This document shows, piece after piece, positions 24,810-38,157 of a stretch of 64,000 nucleotides of DNA; position 1 is the first letter of the stretch, and every line of letters starts with the position of its first letter. The translations under genes were made by a program, and so were the position numbers. Source of the DNA: Callorhinchus milii. Its lineage: Eukaryota. The stretch lies in contig NW_024704743.1 in the NCBI RefSeq assembly GCF_018977255.1, forward strand, positions 91,204,001 to 91,268,000, read 5' to 3'. Under the pieces are notes generated by a model, which worked only from the letters and a program-made list of their open reading frames with translations, was not told the DNA's origin and did no database searches.

Positions 24810-25065
24810 CAGAGTGGTCCAACCTTTTGGCTGCTGAGGACCGGATGACGGATTGAAAAACATCCATGGGCAGCATAAGCAATATTTTATCCTGAATGAT
24901 CAGTCCCGGTGTGGGCTGGGTCTGAGCCCCTGGTGACTGTCTCCTGATTAGCTTGGGGCTTGGTCTCGCCTGTGTTTGCTCGTCGAACAATGAAGTTGTT
25001 AATGGTTGATGGGTCGAATGAAATCATCCCCGGCCTGGATCCCGCCCACAAGTTGGACCACCCTG
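24810..25065. mobile_element. hAT (Charlie-like) MITE, 256 bp
   Basis: TIRs CAGAGTGGTCCAAC / GTTGGACCACCCTG; perfect 8-bp TSD ACTTAAGG (24802-24809, 25066-25073). Confidence 0.9.
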
Positions 25066-25219
25066 ACTTAAGGTGTTGTGAAAAAAAATATTAATCACCT
25101 ATTTCCACAACTTCCAGTCCAAACTATATTTTGATTTCTTTCATCTCTTCAAATAATTCTCATTTCTAGATTGCTTTTTAATTGCTTATTCAATCGCCTA
25201 CAAAATACAGTCACTAAAT

Positions 25220-25617
25220 TTGTTATAGGTCCTTTCACCTTAGGAGGATGCCTCAAAGCACTTCTCAGGATTTACTCTAAGGTTTAGTGACTGAGTATTT
25301 TGTAGTGAATGCAATTTGCACACAACAATGCCCCATAAACAGTAATGAAGTGAATGATCAATTTTGGGGGATTGTTGTGCAGGAGACCAGGATAAACTTC
25401 TCTTTTTAAATAATCCCAGGTGATCACCAACTTGAACAGATAGATAGGTTTAATGCCTCAACTGAAGGACGGCACTTCCAACAATGCAGAGTATTCCCAG
25501 CACTGCATGGGAGTGTAAGACAAGACTATGCTAGTTCAAAGTCCCGATGTGGAGCTTCAACAACCAACTGACTCAGAGGTGAGATAAGAATGCTAAGAAC
25601 TGAGCCAGACTGACACA
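25220..25617 (-). mobile_element. Old SacSINE1-like SINE
   Basis: gtgtcagtctggctcag head and Deu core, degenerate. Confidence 0.65.
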
Positions 25618-25935
25618 GTAATATTGTCATGAAAATTATTACAGCTGTATCAAATGTATGGATATACACTTTGTCTAGAAAGGATACCCTTTGTAGCATA
25701 TCCTTTGAGTCAACATTCTGATGTGAAAGGCGCTATATCAAATGCAAAGATTATATATTATTATCATCGTCACTCAGTTTTTCTTCACCTTTTCAGATTC
25801 AACAACAAATTATGTTTTGTGTCATTTTAAGAAATAGAAAAAATAAGACAATATTGTAGCTTTTTCCAGACTTAACTGGATTTTAAGTTTGTGACTTAAA
25901 AGTACAAATATTATTTTTCACATGCAATATCTTAC

Positions 25936-26110
25936 CTTGTTGAGCTAATTCTTGTCCCCAGATCCTTCTTTCAGCTCTGAGACCATCAATCACTGATTCT
26001 TGGGCAGTTAGCTGTGAAATCAGTTTAGATTTTTCCAGTTTAAGAAGTTCGATTTGAACCGTTTTTTTCTTGTCTTCTTCAGCTACATGTTCCAGTGTTC
26101 GAATACGGCT
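25936..26110 (-). CDS. LRRCC1: LRRCC1 exon (SRIRTLEHVAEEDKKK...RIWGQELAQQ)
   Basis: tag|AGC ... G|gtaag, 175 nt. Confidence 0.94.
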
Positions 26111-29100
26111 CTACATTAAAATGGACAGAACTATAAGAGTCAGATTACTTACTGTGTCCTGAACCAACTGACTGATCTTGCTAAATGGCAGGGGTCAATC
26201 CAAACCAAACTTCCCACTTGACATGATGCTGAAGTCTCTGTTGGGGTACAAGTCTAGGTTTGCAGAGGAGATGAATGCTAGTCACTTGAGGAACAAAGTT
26301 TATAAGGGCGCTGTGAATAACAGTATTCACAGTAACTTCAATTTATAACCATTTCTGCCAGCAGCTGAATCCTTCAGTGATATTCTTCCAAAACATAACA
26401 AAGCAATCCAAAATAAAAGTTGCGGTAATAAAAATATCAGATAAATATAGCAACGCGCAATGAACAAAGCAAAGTACAGGAACATTACCACGAGAAGAAA
26501 GGAATGATTGCCCTTGTCCAGGGGATGACAGATGGCAAAATATGACTACTGCTAATGTAATCAATAACAATATAATAGACTTAGCATATCTGTGAACAGA
26601 GATAAAATGGTAGTTTAGTGTATCAATCCCATCTGCCATCAACTTAAAATCAGACCTGAATCATTCCCTTGAGACAATAAATGACGAATCATGGGTGAAT
26701 GTTTGGGTTTGGTTTGTAATTACAGCTGATTGATGAACAATAAAAACAATCTAGCCTGACAATCATTGCAATGTAAGCCACAAACACATCCAGGATCACA
26801 TCATTGCCGCTATTCATAATTCTCCTTACATCTACAGATCTTGCTCTGAGGTCTAAAATTATAAATCAGAAGCCAAAAGTTAAATCTGTGCTTTCCCTTT
26901 GTCAGTAATTATAGCGCTGTAGATATACGACATGTTGAACAGACACAGTGTTAATACCAAAGGGAGAAGTTACGACAGTAGAACTCTGTTATAACATGGC
27001 TGATTATAATCTAGGTTTATTTATAATGCAAGTCGGGTGTAGACCCCGATATTCGCTTACTAACGAATTCAAAATACACACAAAAAGTCATCCAAAATCC
27101 TGGTGGGAGTTACCTGTTATAGTACTGCTTGGGATTTTATGTTGATTTTAGGTGTCAGCCTGGCTCAGTGGTAATAATTTCGCACCTGAGCCAGAAGGTT
27201 GTGGGTTCAAGCCCCATGTCGGGAATTGGAACCACAGAGTCTAAGCTGACACTTCAATGCAGTGCTGGAGTGTGGTGCAATGACTTGCATTTTTTAGTGT
27301 CCTTCATGTAAGATATACTAGACTTTGGATACTTTCATGTTATCATCAACCATGTCTTTATTATGACTTATTATGACTTCATACAGGTTCTTCTTGCAAA
27401 TGACCAAAGACAGACCAAGAAGCTGACTTCATGCATTTGGCTCAGATAACCTACACCAAACTTATCACTTCTACATCAATGTTGGCTGAGACTAATCAGG
27501 GCAGTAATGGGAGAAAACTGCATTATTATAGATGCTACCTATTCGATGAAATGTTAACCAGGGTCCCATTTATCTGTTCAGTTGGACGTTAATAATCCCA
27601 TATCACTATTCAAAAAAACAAATTGTCCTGCCAACAATCCTCCAGATACAATTGATCATTCAACTCATAACTGTTTGTTCAATCTTCCTGTGCACAAATT
27701 GGCTGATGCAATTTTCTAAAAGAAAGATTATAGTTGACATTAATTACTGTAAAATGCTGTGAGACATTTTACTGTTATAGATGCTATACAAAAATAAGCT
27801 TTTTCTTTCTTGGAAACTTCCATCTCATACTTTACAAAACTTATCTGATGGTGTATTTGCACCAATCATGTCTGAAAGAATCATGCTTAGATATAATATG
27901 AATGGAGCCACTGGCTGCCATATGGCATCTCATCAACTGTAAAGACTTCTGAATCATTTAGTAATTTTTTTATGAACAAACTACAATTCAAAAGTAATTT
28001 CAATATTCACCATTCTAATGGTGCATCAATATCAAAAACTTCAGCTAATGTAAATTTAATTTTAGAATGCATTCTTTTTAATAAGATTTTTATATATCAA
28101 ATTTGTTCTCTGTCAAAATGTTGAAGGAGAAGGGTAAACTCCATTAAATTTACCCCAAAGCAAAACACTATCCACTATCACAACATAAATGTATTTTGCC
28201 CTTAGGAAAATATTTTAGCTATTGTGTCTCTCTGTTTCTTTCCCCAGTTCTCTGGAAAAGAGGGAGACTGATTTAATGCATCATCCAGACATCCAACTAA
28301 AACAATTTCATTGTAAAAGTGATATGCCTACTACAAACAACACAAACTATTTTACCCTGAGTGAAGTAATGGCAGCATAACAAACACAAGGTTTAATTAA
28401 AATTCCTTAAAAATATTTTGTGCTACTGCTGCTAAACAGAATACTGCTGCAAAACAAATAGTGCTCCAAGGCACTGTGGAACATGTTGGGCACGCACACC
28501 CACACACCCAGAGGAATAGGGTTGGTCTCGAGACTCATTATTTCACTGATCACATCAATGACAACCAGTATAATGAGAACCTGCAGTTTGTGCTATCAAA
28601 TTAAACAGAGGACGTAATGCTGAATTTAGCACTGGAAGCAAAATATTGCCAAGGAAACAGAAAGCTAAGATAAATCTATACGAACAGTACAAATATATAG
28701 TCTGTCAGCTAATTGAAATTAAATTAAAAAGGAACATCAAAACTCTAAGGAAAAGCAATATTTTACTTACTAGTGCAACTGGAATAACAGTTATAATTAA
28801 GACAAGGAAAAAAGAACTACATCATCAGCAAACTACATCATTTAGGTTCCATTTCAGCATCTGATCTGGCCATTTTATTCAATCCACAATCTTATCCCTC
28901 TACTGCTGAATGAGGAGCTGACCCAATTTTCTTTGAATCTTTCAATTAAATCAGTATTCATTGCACTAGGTGGCAGTCTATTTTACAAGCAGTGGCGAAA
29001 TTTGCAGCTTCTTCACCTAATCTCTGATTTTCCCACAAAGTACATCAAAGCCTCCATTTTGCTATTCATATTATTAATATGTATATGAGCCTTAGGTGTC

Positions 29101-29211
29101 AATATTAATTTGTTTTAGACAATCAATAGCACTCTTCCCTCGGAGTCAGATATTGGAGGGAGAAAGAAGTTCCTTGCGAGCAGAGAAAGTACCTCAAGTA
29201 GTTTGGTTTAC

Positions 29212-29397
29212 CTTAAGTTCCGAGGTTGTCCCCTGTTTGGATTTTGCCAGTTCAGCTATCTTAGCTTTCTGCTCTTTGACCATAGCAGTCAGCTCCTGAA
29301 TCAATTTTCTGGATTGTTTCTCCTTCTGCTGTGACCGAGCAAGAGTATGTTTGTGGTCGGCTAGTTCTGCTACAACATGATCAAAGCCATCCTTTAC
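29212..29397 (-). CDS. LRRCC1: LRRCC1 exon (VKDGFDHVVAEL...LTAMVKEQKAKIAEL...SELK)
   Basis: cag|GTA ... AAG|gtaaac, 186 nt. Confidence 0.93.
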
Positions 29398-30339
29398 CTG
29401 TTTGGTTTAAAAATTACAATGTGTTTATAGACCACACTTAAAAATTAAATATGCAGACATTACAACAGTACTTCTGTCGTGTTGTTTTCAATCTTGAAAT
29501 AACTCATTCTGTATGCAAGTAGAACAGTATGGTGAACAGGATAGCAAAACTCTAATTACTGGAAGTTAACCTTAAAGGAAGAATATAATTCACTTCACAG
29601 GACAGCGATTGCATTTGGCAGGGGATGTGATTCAATAAGTATTTGCAATAAAATCAGAATGAATAATTTATTGGAATGTTTGATGGCATGACTGGGTTTA
29701 TAATTTAGTTGGCATACTGTACCATGGCTTCTTGGTAACTTTTGAAATGCAGCTTAATTTAAGAAGTTTCCATCAGCTGCCCAGTGAAATGCAGAAATGA
29801 AAGCAGTTTACAGGTCATTAGACTGTATCATTCAATAACAGCAGAGCTTTTAATTTGCAAATGTTAAAATTGAAGGGACCTCTACGCCTTTAGCAAAAAG
29901 AATGAAATCAACCCCGGTTTATTGGAAAATTTACCTGAAAGTCAGCATTTCAACCTCACTGTTCAAATGTACAGTTTTGATCCAATAATCTCTAACCTAC
30001 GGTACTCAACAGGTTTTATTATGTTCTTGTGTACAATAAACTCACTAGTTCATACCACAGGTGTATTATGATTCACAGCGAGTAAGCATGACTAAATAAT
30101 GTAGGATATAATTCCACATCTAACCTCTAGGAAATAATTACTTTTTATAAAAAAATCAGTGCGTCTCAATTTTTATCAAAGTAAAAAATATTTTAGCTAC
30201 TGGTAAAGGTATCAGCTGAGATTTTTCTTTTTAATATAGACTTGATACACAGTGTTGTAAACCAATGATCATATTTAGTGAAATGCAGATTTCTTTGACA
30301 AAAATGTATTCAGTTTAAAATAATTGTAAGAACCAAGAT

Positions 30340-30628
30340 TAGAGCACTCGCTTTGCAAGTGAGAGACCTGAGTTCAATTCCAGGCAGGGCGAAATCTTGG
30401 GCAAGTTTCCTTACTCCACACAGAGCCCAATAATAATCCCTCCAAAAAAACATTAATAAATTGGTCATTTTCAATTCATGACTGTGGGACATTGCTGTGC
30501 ACAATTGGCTGCCTCGTTCGGCCACAAATATATAGTCAATTCACTTTACAGTATATTCTGTGAAGCGCTTTGGGACGTCTAGAAGACGTGAAAAGCGCTA
30601 TATCAAATGCAAGGATTATTATTATTAA
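30340..30628 (+). mobile_element. tRNA-derived Deu-SINE
   Basis: Nearly identical to the 52062-52368 copy in the opposite orientation. Confidence 0.88.
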
Positions 30629-32484
30629 TTTATTACATTCACCTGGAGAGTTGGGAGAATAACCGTGCACTTTCAATGGAGGATGAGCTCTGTGTGCCAT
30701 TTCAGTTGAAAAATAATTACCCTTGAATGCACAGAAGGTAGGATTGATGTCTCCAGGGAGAAATATGGTAACTGCTTCATCATTTAAAAAAAACTATACA
30801 TTTATAAATAGGAGAAAAAGCTGTTTCGGCTCAACTCTGAACCAGTCTGGTTCAGTAATAAAATAATGAAGTGGAACTTTTGACTTGAAGAGTAATAGAT
30901 TTGTAGAAGAAGAAACAGGGAGGCGATATTGAAACAGGTAGCATAATTTGTTCAATAGAAAATGAAATGTGTTTTTTGGAGAGGGATATGGGTGTAAATT
31001 AGCAGTGTTTTAGAATGCGCTTGATGTGATAATTATGAAGTATTGCTCATTTTACCTCTGTGACAAGATAGTCCATTGACTTTGATCTAATAAAAAGAGG
31101 CTTGTTGGGGTTAATGATTTTTTCTTGTTTCTAAAATTTCAGAAACTCATTATAAAACTACAATGAATGACACAATTTATGTCACTGCCTGAGATAACAA
31201 GAACAGACTGTAGGTACCTATGATCCCCTCAAACCTAATCAATCTCACTAAAAGTAGTGGGGATTTCACATGCCTCTGAGATTTGAGGTAAAGGACAACA
31301 ACATGCACTTATATAACAACAACTTGCATTTATATTGTGTTCTTCACACGAACAGTGCCTCGGAGCGTTTATTCACACACATTTATATGTTGCACTTACA
31401 CATCGAAAAAAATCTTAACACATTTCACAGAGGCAGAATGGGAATCCAAGCAGGAAGTCAGATAAGGGGAAGGAAACAGGAGGGAGGTGACTGAAGGCAC
31501 AGTCTGAGATAGGTTTTTAGAAGGATTTTGAAAGCTGACAGGAAGGGTGTAAAGGGAGAGAATTAGGGAAAGAGTTCCACAGATCATGAACAAAGTGAGT
31601 GAAAGCTTGCCTACTGATAAAAGAGTGTAGACATGGAGCAGGCCAGATTGTTCAGAGTGGAGGTAAGGGGTAGGGGGAGTAGGACTGCAGGGAGTTCGAG
31701 AGCTCAGGGATGACAGCTCAGCCACCAATGGTGACCTGACGTGATTGGGGGATGTACAACAGACCTGTGTTAGCTGAGTGAAGAGGGTGGGGGTGGCAAT
31801 AGAGTGGGGTACGAAAAGTCAGAAAAGTAGGGATATTAAAGAGTTTGTATATAAGCATGAAGATCGTGTAGTTTGGTGCAATTACCAGAATTGCTGTTAC
31901 CAGATTTGATTAGAAGTTTCTCCACAGTAGGTCCCACTGTCAGATAGAGTATATCATTTTAATATGCGACCTAACTAATAAGAGGAGAAGTCATGAGAGG
32001 TGATTATACTGGTCAAGATCATGAATGTAATAAAAACAAAACACAGCTGGCTACTTCTGATTATTCCTTGGCTTAGAAATGCTTTGCGATTCATGTTTAA
32101 CCTACTTTTCTAACCGTGGCAAAGACTAAAGAACTTCCTCCCAGGACTTAAATGGTTTTAAATTGCCATTCGTTGGATAAATGTTGCAGTTTCAATACAT
32201 TACATGTAACAATGTAAAATATAAAATCTGAAATGTATTTCACTTTAATGTCGATCACATTGTTCATTACATTATCTCTCCACCTTATAGCACAAGTTAG
32301 AATAGATATCATGAAGGTCACCATTAAAGGCTTTTCAAGTTAATAATTTTCTCTCCTTGCAAACTAATTATAGTTTAGAATTAATTGTCAGTTTGCTGGG
32401 AACCATTATAGATAATGTGCAACTAATTTAAGTGCTTTGAATACTCAAGATTAGTTATAATCTGCAGCGAATATCCTCACACAG

Positions 32485-33570
32485 TATTGAATCAATCCTC
32501 AATCCCTTCCACTGCTTCTCCTACCACCTCAACCTTCAAGGTACTGTTCTTGACTGGTTCAGGCTCTACCTTTCACACCGCCACCACTTCGTCTCTACAA
32601 ACAACTTTTCCTCCAGCCCCCGCACCGTCTTGTGTGGCATTCCTCAGGCCTCTGTTCTCGGTCCCCTCCTCTTCACCCTCTAAATGCTCCCCCTTGGTGA
32701 CATCATCCGCAGACATTGAGTAAATTTCCACATGTATGCGGATGACACCCAACTCTATCTCTGTCTCCACCCTCAACTCCAGGATTACTGGCGTCCTGAC
32801 CGATTGCCTGTCTGACATCAAGTCCTGGATGAGGGACAACTTTCTCCAACTGAACGTCAGCAAGACCGAGGCCCTGCTGATTGGCTCACACCAGTGCCTC
32901 CGCACCTCGGCGCTGGCAGCATTAGCCTCCACGACTGCACACTCAACCTCACTAAGCCAGTCAGGAACCTGGGTGTCTTGTTTGACCCTGAACTGTCCTT
33001 TCTTCCCCACATCCGTGCCATGACCGGAATTGCCTACCACCACCTCCACAACATTGCCAGACTCCGCCACTGCTTCACCCCTCAGGCTGCCGAAACAGGC
33101 TCCGTGACCCCATCACTCACACCCTCGTTCGACCACTAGTTCCCCATCCTTCAGAAGATCAAATTCAAGTTCCTCATCCTCACTTTCAAGGCCATCCATG
33201 GCCTTGCCCCGTCCTACGTCTCCGACCTGCTAACTCCCTACCAACCTGCCCGCTCCTTCCGTTCAGCGGGCTCCGGCCTGCTCCATGTCTCCCGCCCTAC
33301 CAGAGGCGCCCGGGCTTTCAGCCTCTCTGCCCTCACACTCTCGAACTCCATCCCCCAGTCCCTTCGCCTCGCTTCCTTCCTTGCTTCCTTCAAGGCCGGT
33401 CTCAAGATCCTACTCTTCGATTGTGCCTTCCGTCATCCTCCCACCTCTCTGCCTTCCCTCCCCCCTCCCCTTCCCCAGGCTTGGGTCCTGACCCCTGACT
33501 GTCCAGCGCCTTGGGACGTCCTCCCGAAATGAAAGGCGCTCTATAAATGTAATTTTGTTGTTGTTGTTGA
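32485..33570 (+). mobile_element. L2 LINE 3' fragment with RT motif
   Basis: [29 protein letters not shown]2 tail with (TTG)n. Confidence 0.92.
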
Positions 33571-34244
33571 ATAACCTGAATAAAGGTGTGAAAATAATGT
33601 GTGTAAGATTGAGCCAATTGTCATAAACTGTACCTTTTAATCAACTGTCCACATTAAAAAAAACTTTACCTTGAACCATTGCTCTTTGATTAATCTCAAC
33701 ACAGCAATAAAGCTCCATTATAATAATATAATAATAATAATCCTTGCATTTGATATAGTCTTTGAGATGTCTCAAAGTGCTTCATAGAATATACTGTAAA
33801 ATATAGTGACTATATATTTTGTCGGCGAAACGCGGCAGCCAATTGCGTGCAATGATGCCCCACAAACAGTCGTGGATTGCATGACCACATTATTATTATT
33901 ATTTTTGAAGGAATTATTATACAGTAGAATAGATATTTAACTCTACCCTGCTAAACAGCATTCAGTTGTTTTGACAAGACCCTGGCGGCAAGCTAGAAAA
34001 ATGAACGATAAACTTCACTGGACCAAGATTTTAGATTCATAAAATATTTTTTAGCAATCCAACAAGGTTTTGACTGTTTATTATGTATGCATAGAAATGC
34101 CTATCATCCGTGCATACATATGAATGTCCTACATCACATAGTGTGTATGTGTGCTTATGCAAGGTGACTGGTTTTGACCGTGACCATAGAAATCAACCCA
34201 CAGTATTCAACTCACATTATTTGACTAGTTTCTCCTCAACTATC

Positions 34245-34935
34245 GTTTCTACCCCACACCTGTGCCATGACCCGCTCTGCCTTCCCCCACCTCCACAACA
34301 TCGCCCGGCTCTGCCACTGTCTCACCTACAGGCCCCCAAAAACACACTTTCATTACATCAAGGCTTGACTATGCAAACTCCTTGCTTGTCGGTCTCAACA
34401 ACTCCCACCTCCATAAGCTGCAGATCATCCAGAACTCTGCAGCCAGTGTCCTCTCCTGCACCAGGCTCCGTGACCCTATCACCCTCATCCTCGCCTGACT
34501 CCACTGGCTTCCCATCACACAGCGAGGATACAGTTCAAGATCCTAGTCCTCATCTTCAAAGCCCTAACGCTGCGACCTCCTAAACACCTACCTTCCTGCC
34601 TGCTCCCTCCACTCAGCAGGCTCTGGCCTGCTTCACGTCCCCCGCCTCGCCCACCCCACCATTGTCGGGCGGACCTTTTGCCCACTCTGCCCCCACCCTC
34701 TGAAACTCCATTCTGCAGACCCTCGACCTCACGCCCTCCCTTGCCTCCTTCAAGACCTATCTCAAGACCCTCCTCTTCGACCGTGCTTTTGATCACCCTA
34801 CTTCCACCCTGTTCTCCGCCATCCCTGATCCTGACCCCCTGCTCGGGTCCGAAACACTGACTGTCCAGCACCTTGAAATGTCCTTCCAATGTGAAAGGCA
34901 CTTTACAAATGTAATTTTGTTGTGGTGGTTGTTGT
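34245..34935 (+). mobile_element. L2 LINE 3' fragment
   Basis: Same subfamily as 3955-4685. Confidence 0.88.
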
Positions 34936-36207
34936 TTTATTACATTGCTCCTCCAATCCTAATTCCTCAAATCCTGATTACTTGCTTTTTTTCCTTCTAA
35001 ACCTAATACTATTTTTTTCTGCATTTGCTCATCTAATTCCCTATTAAGTGCCCTCAACAGACTGCAACAGCTTTCCTTGAATTTAACATTGTAACTAGGA
35101 CGGTGAAAGGGAAGTTTTTCTCCCTAAGGGTTATCAGAATCTGGAATGGTTTGCCAGAGGTGGCTGTTGTTACAGTCTGTTGGGGACACTTAATAGGGAA
35201 TTAGATAAGCAAATCACAAATCACGACCAGTCTCAAATCACGACCAGCTGCTCACTATTTATCCACTCAAACAGTGGCATTATGTTACAGGAATCAAACT
35301 GACTGACTGGGTACTGGAATCCAGCCACCATGAGTAGGTATTGTTTAATTCATCCCACCCCTTCCAGCCCCAAGTAGAGCACTGGACACAGTTATTAGCC
35401 TAGAATGCACTAACAAGCATGTCATTTCAGCTATTCTTTTCAATTCACCTCCCTGCACACACCAGCTTTGTAACTCATCCATACCAGCTCCACCGAGGAG
35501 TACACACACTTGGAATAAGGAAGTTATTCCACGTACAAGACAGTCTGTTGCCCAGGTCAAACCTTACAGTTAGTCCTTGATTAAAAATAATTTGTTCCAT
35601 TGAGAATTACTAGGTCATTCTCAGGCACGCAATACGCCAGTTATTCTGCAGTTGACTCCTCAGAGTCCAACTTAGTTGGGACAAAACTACATAAAGAATA
35701 TTTTATTCCAAATATTTCTCAGACCGTGTGCTAGAATGATTCAGTAAAATTGATTTTATAGTTTTTGGCAATTGAAGCCTACGTCCTAAAACAATGTCAA
35801 CTATTTATATTTTTCTTAAATACTTTATCAGCGCTTTGAGACATCTTCCCGTCTTGAAAGACGCTATACCAATGTAATTTGTTTGTTGTTCTTTTCCCTA
35901 TTACTCCAGATGGAATACTGTGCCCTGTGCAAATGTGTGGTGGTTATATTAGCAGGGAGGAGGTAAACTCGAGGGTTACGCAGTTTCAAGATGCTTTATC
36001 CAGAGTTAGCAAACCTTTATACTGGCAGCCATCTTTACTGATCTGCAAGATTGCAGTTAAAAATCTTTCTTTTAAGATTTAAACCATCTCAGATTTCAAC
36101 ATTTCAGCACAATCAATGAAAACATTTAACATTAATTAATCTGTCTCATAAAATCCAGATTGAAAAGCATCCTTTGCCTCAAAATATAATTTTATCCTTT
36201 ATATTAC

Positions 36208-36409
36208 CTCTTTAAATCGATTTGCTTCAATGGTGAGAGCCACGCGGAACTCATCCTCCAGATTAACGTACTGTTGGTTTAATACATTGATTTTTTCTTG
36301 ATATTCTTTTAATTGTTGAGAGTGTCTTTCTTCTTCTTTTGCTAGCTCTCTGGATAAAGCATCTCGAAACTCCGGTCCACTCAGCGTAACTCTCGAGTCT
36401 ACCTCCTTC
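36208..36409 (-). CDS. LRRCC1: LRRCC1 exon (KEVDSRVTLSGPEFRDALSRELAKEEERH...EFRVALTIEANRFKE)
   Basis: cag|G ... GAG|gtaat, 202 nt. Confidence 0.93.
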
Positions 36410-37194
36410 CTGCATGAGAAAATATTTTTGCTTGGTTTTAATCATTTTGCAAAATATGCAAATAAAGTAAATATAGCACGAACTCTATCAAAACTATGTA
36501 AACAGTGTCTGCCACAAAACAACAGAAAATGCAGCCACATGTAATACATATTGCCACATCATAGCATCTGCAACCCGGACTGGCAAGGGAATACAGTTCG
36601 AATAAAGGCAAGGGATTAAACATTATACCGTGAAAATCACTACCCCAGCACAACATAGAGGTGACGAGTGTGTACTAGCCAGGAAAACAAAATGAGGAAA
36701 AAGTTATTTGCAAGAAATGGGGATAATAAGAAATAATCACAATGCTCTGAGTTGTGATTATCGATACTGAGTGGGCTTGCTTTGAAAACATGGCAAAGAG
36801 TGGGACTGTCTTGGTCAGTTCAAGATGTACAATTAACAAATCTAGCAGTAGTGTTTTCCTTTGGTTTTCAACGCGAAGAAGGAAGATATGATGCCAGATG
36901 TACAGACAAGACTGGAGAACAATGAATGGGAGAAATACAGAAATTAGAAATTCAGAGACATTTCGCCCTCAAAATACTGTATACAGTCAATTCCTTTTTA
37001 CAGTATATTCTGTGAAGCGCTTTGAGAATTCTCGACAGTGATAAGGCGCTATATCAAATACAAGGACTAATATCATTATTAATAATATTAACATGACAGG
37101 AAGAATATCATAATGAAAGTATGGGGCAAGACAGAATGGGAATAGGACCAAGCAAAGTTGGATCCAGATCCTTTGTTCTCTAATTATCAGGGTC

Positions 37195-38157
37195 GAACTA
37201 GGACTGTGGGATGGAGTTCCAGAGGGTCGGTGTAGAGTGGTGCAAGGCCCGCCTGCTGATAGTGGGGCGAGCAAGACGGGGGACGTGAAGCAGGCTGGAG
37301 CCGGCTGAGCGGAGAGAGCGAACAGGGTGGTAGGGGTTTAGAAAGTCGGAGAGGTAGGGGTGAGCAAGACCATGGAGGGCTTTGAAGGTGAGGACCAGGA
37401 TCTTGAACTGTATCCTCTGTGTGATGGGAAGCCAGTGGAGTCGAGTGACGATGGGGGTGACAGGGTCACGGAGCCTGGTGCAGGACAGGACACGGCTGCA
37501 GAGTTCTGGATGATCTGCAGCCTGTGGAGGGAGGAGTTGTAGAGGCCGACAAGCAGTGAGTTTGCATAGTCGAGCCTTGATGGAATGAATGCGTATATTA
37601 GGGTTTTAGCGGCCTGCGGTGTGAGACATGGCGGAGTTGGGCGACGTTGCGGAGGTGGGGGAAGGTAGAGCGGGTCATGGCGCAGATGTGGGGTAGAAAG
37701 GATGGTTGAGGGTCAAACAAGACTCCAAGGTTCCGGACTGGCTCAGCAAGGTGGAGTGTGCAGCCATGGATGGTGATGCTGTCAGCGCCTGAGGTGAGGA
37801 GGAGCTGACGGGAGCCAATTAGGAAAGCCTCGGTCTTGTTGATGTTCAAGTGTAGAAAGTTAGCTCTCATCCAGGACTTGATGTCTGACAGACATTATGT
37901 CAGGACTGCTATTTTCCTGGAGTCAAGGATGGAGGCAGAGAGGTAGAGTTTGGTGTCATCCGCATACATGTGGAAGTTGACCCCATGTCTGCGGATGATG
38001 TCACCAAGAGGGAGCATATAGATATTGAAGAGGATGGGACCAAGGACAGAAGCCTGATGAACGCCGCACGAGACAGTCCGGGGGCTAGAGGAGAAGCCGT
38101 TTGAGGAGATGAAGTGACATGAAAGGCTATACAAATGTAATGTTGTTGTTGTTGTTG
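37195..38157 (-). mobile_element. L2 LINE fragment (minus) joined to a plus-oriented L2 tail
   Basis: HMYADDTKLY on minus; gaaaggctatacaaatgtaatg(ttg)n on plus at 38118-38157. Confidence 0.88.
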
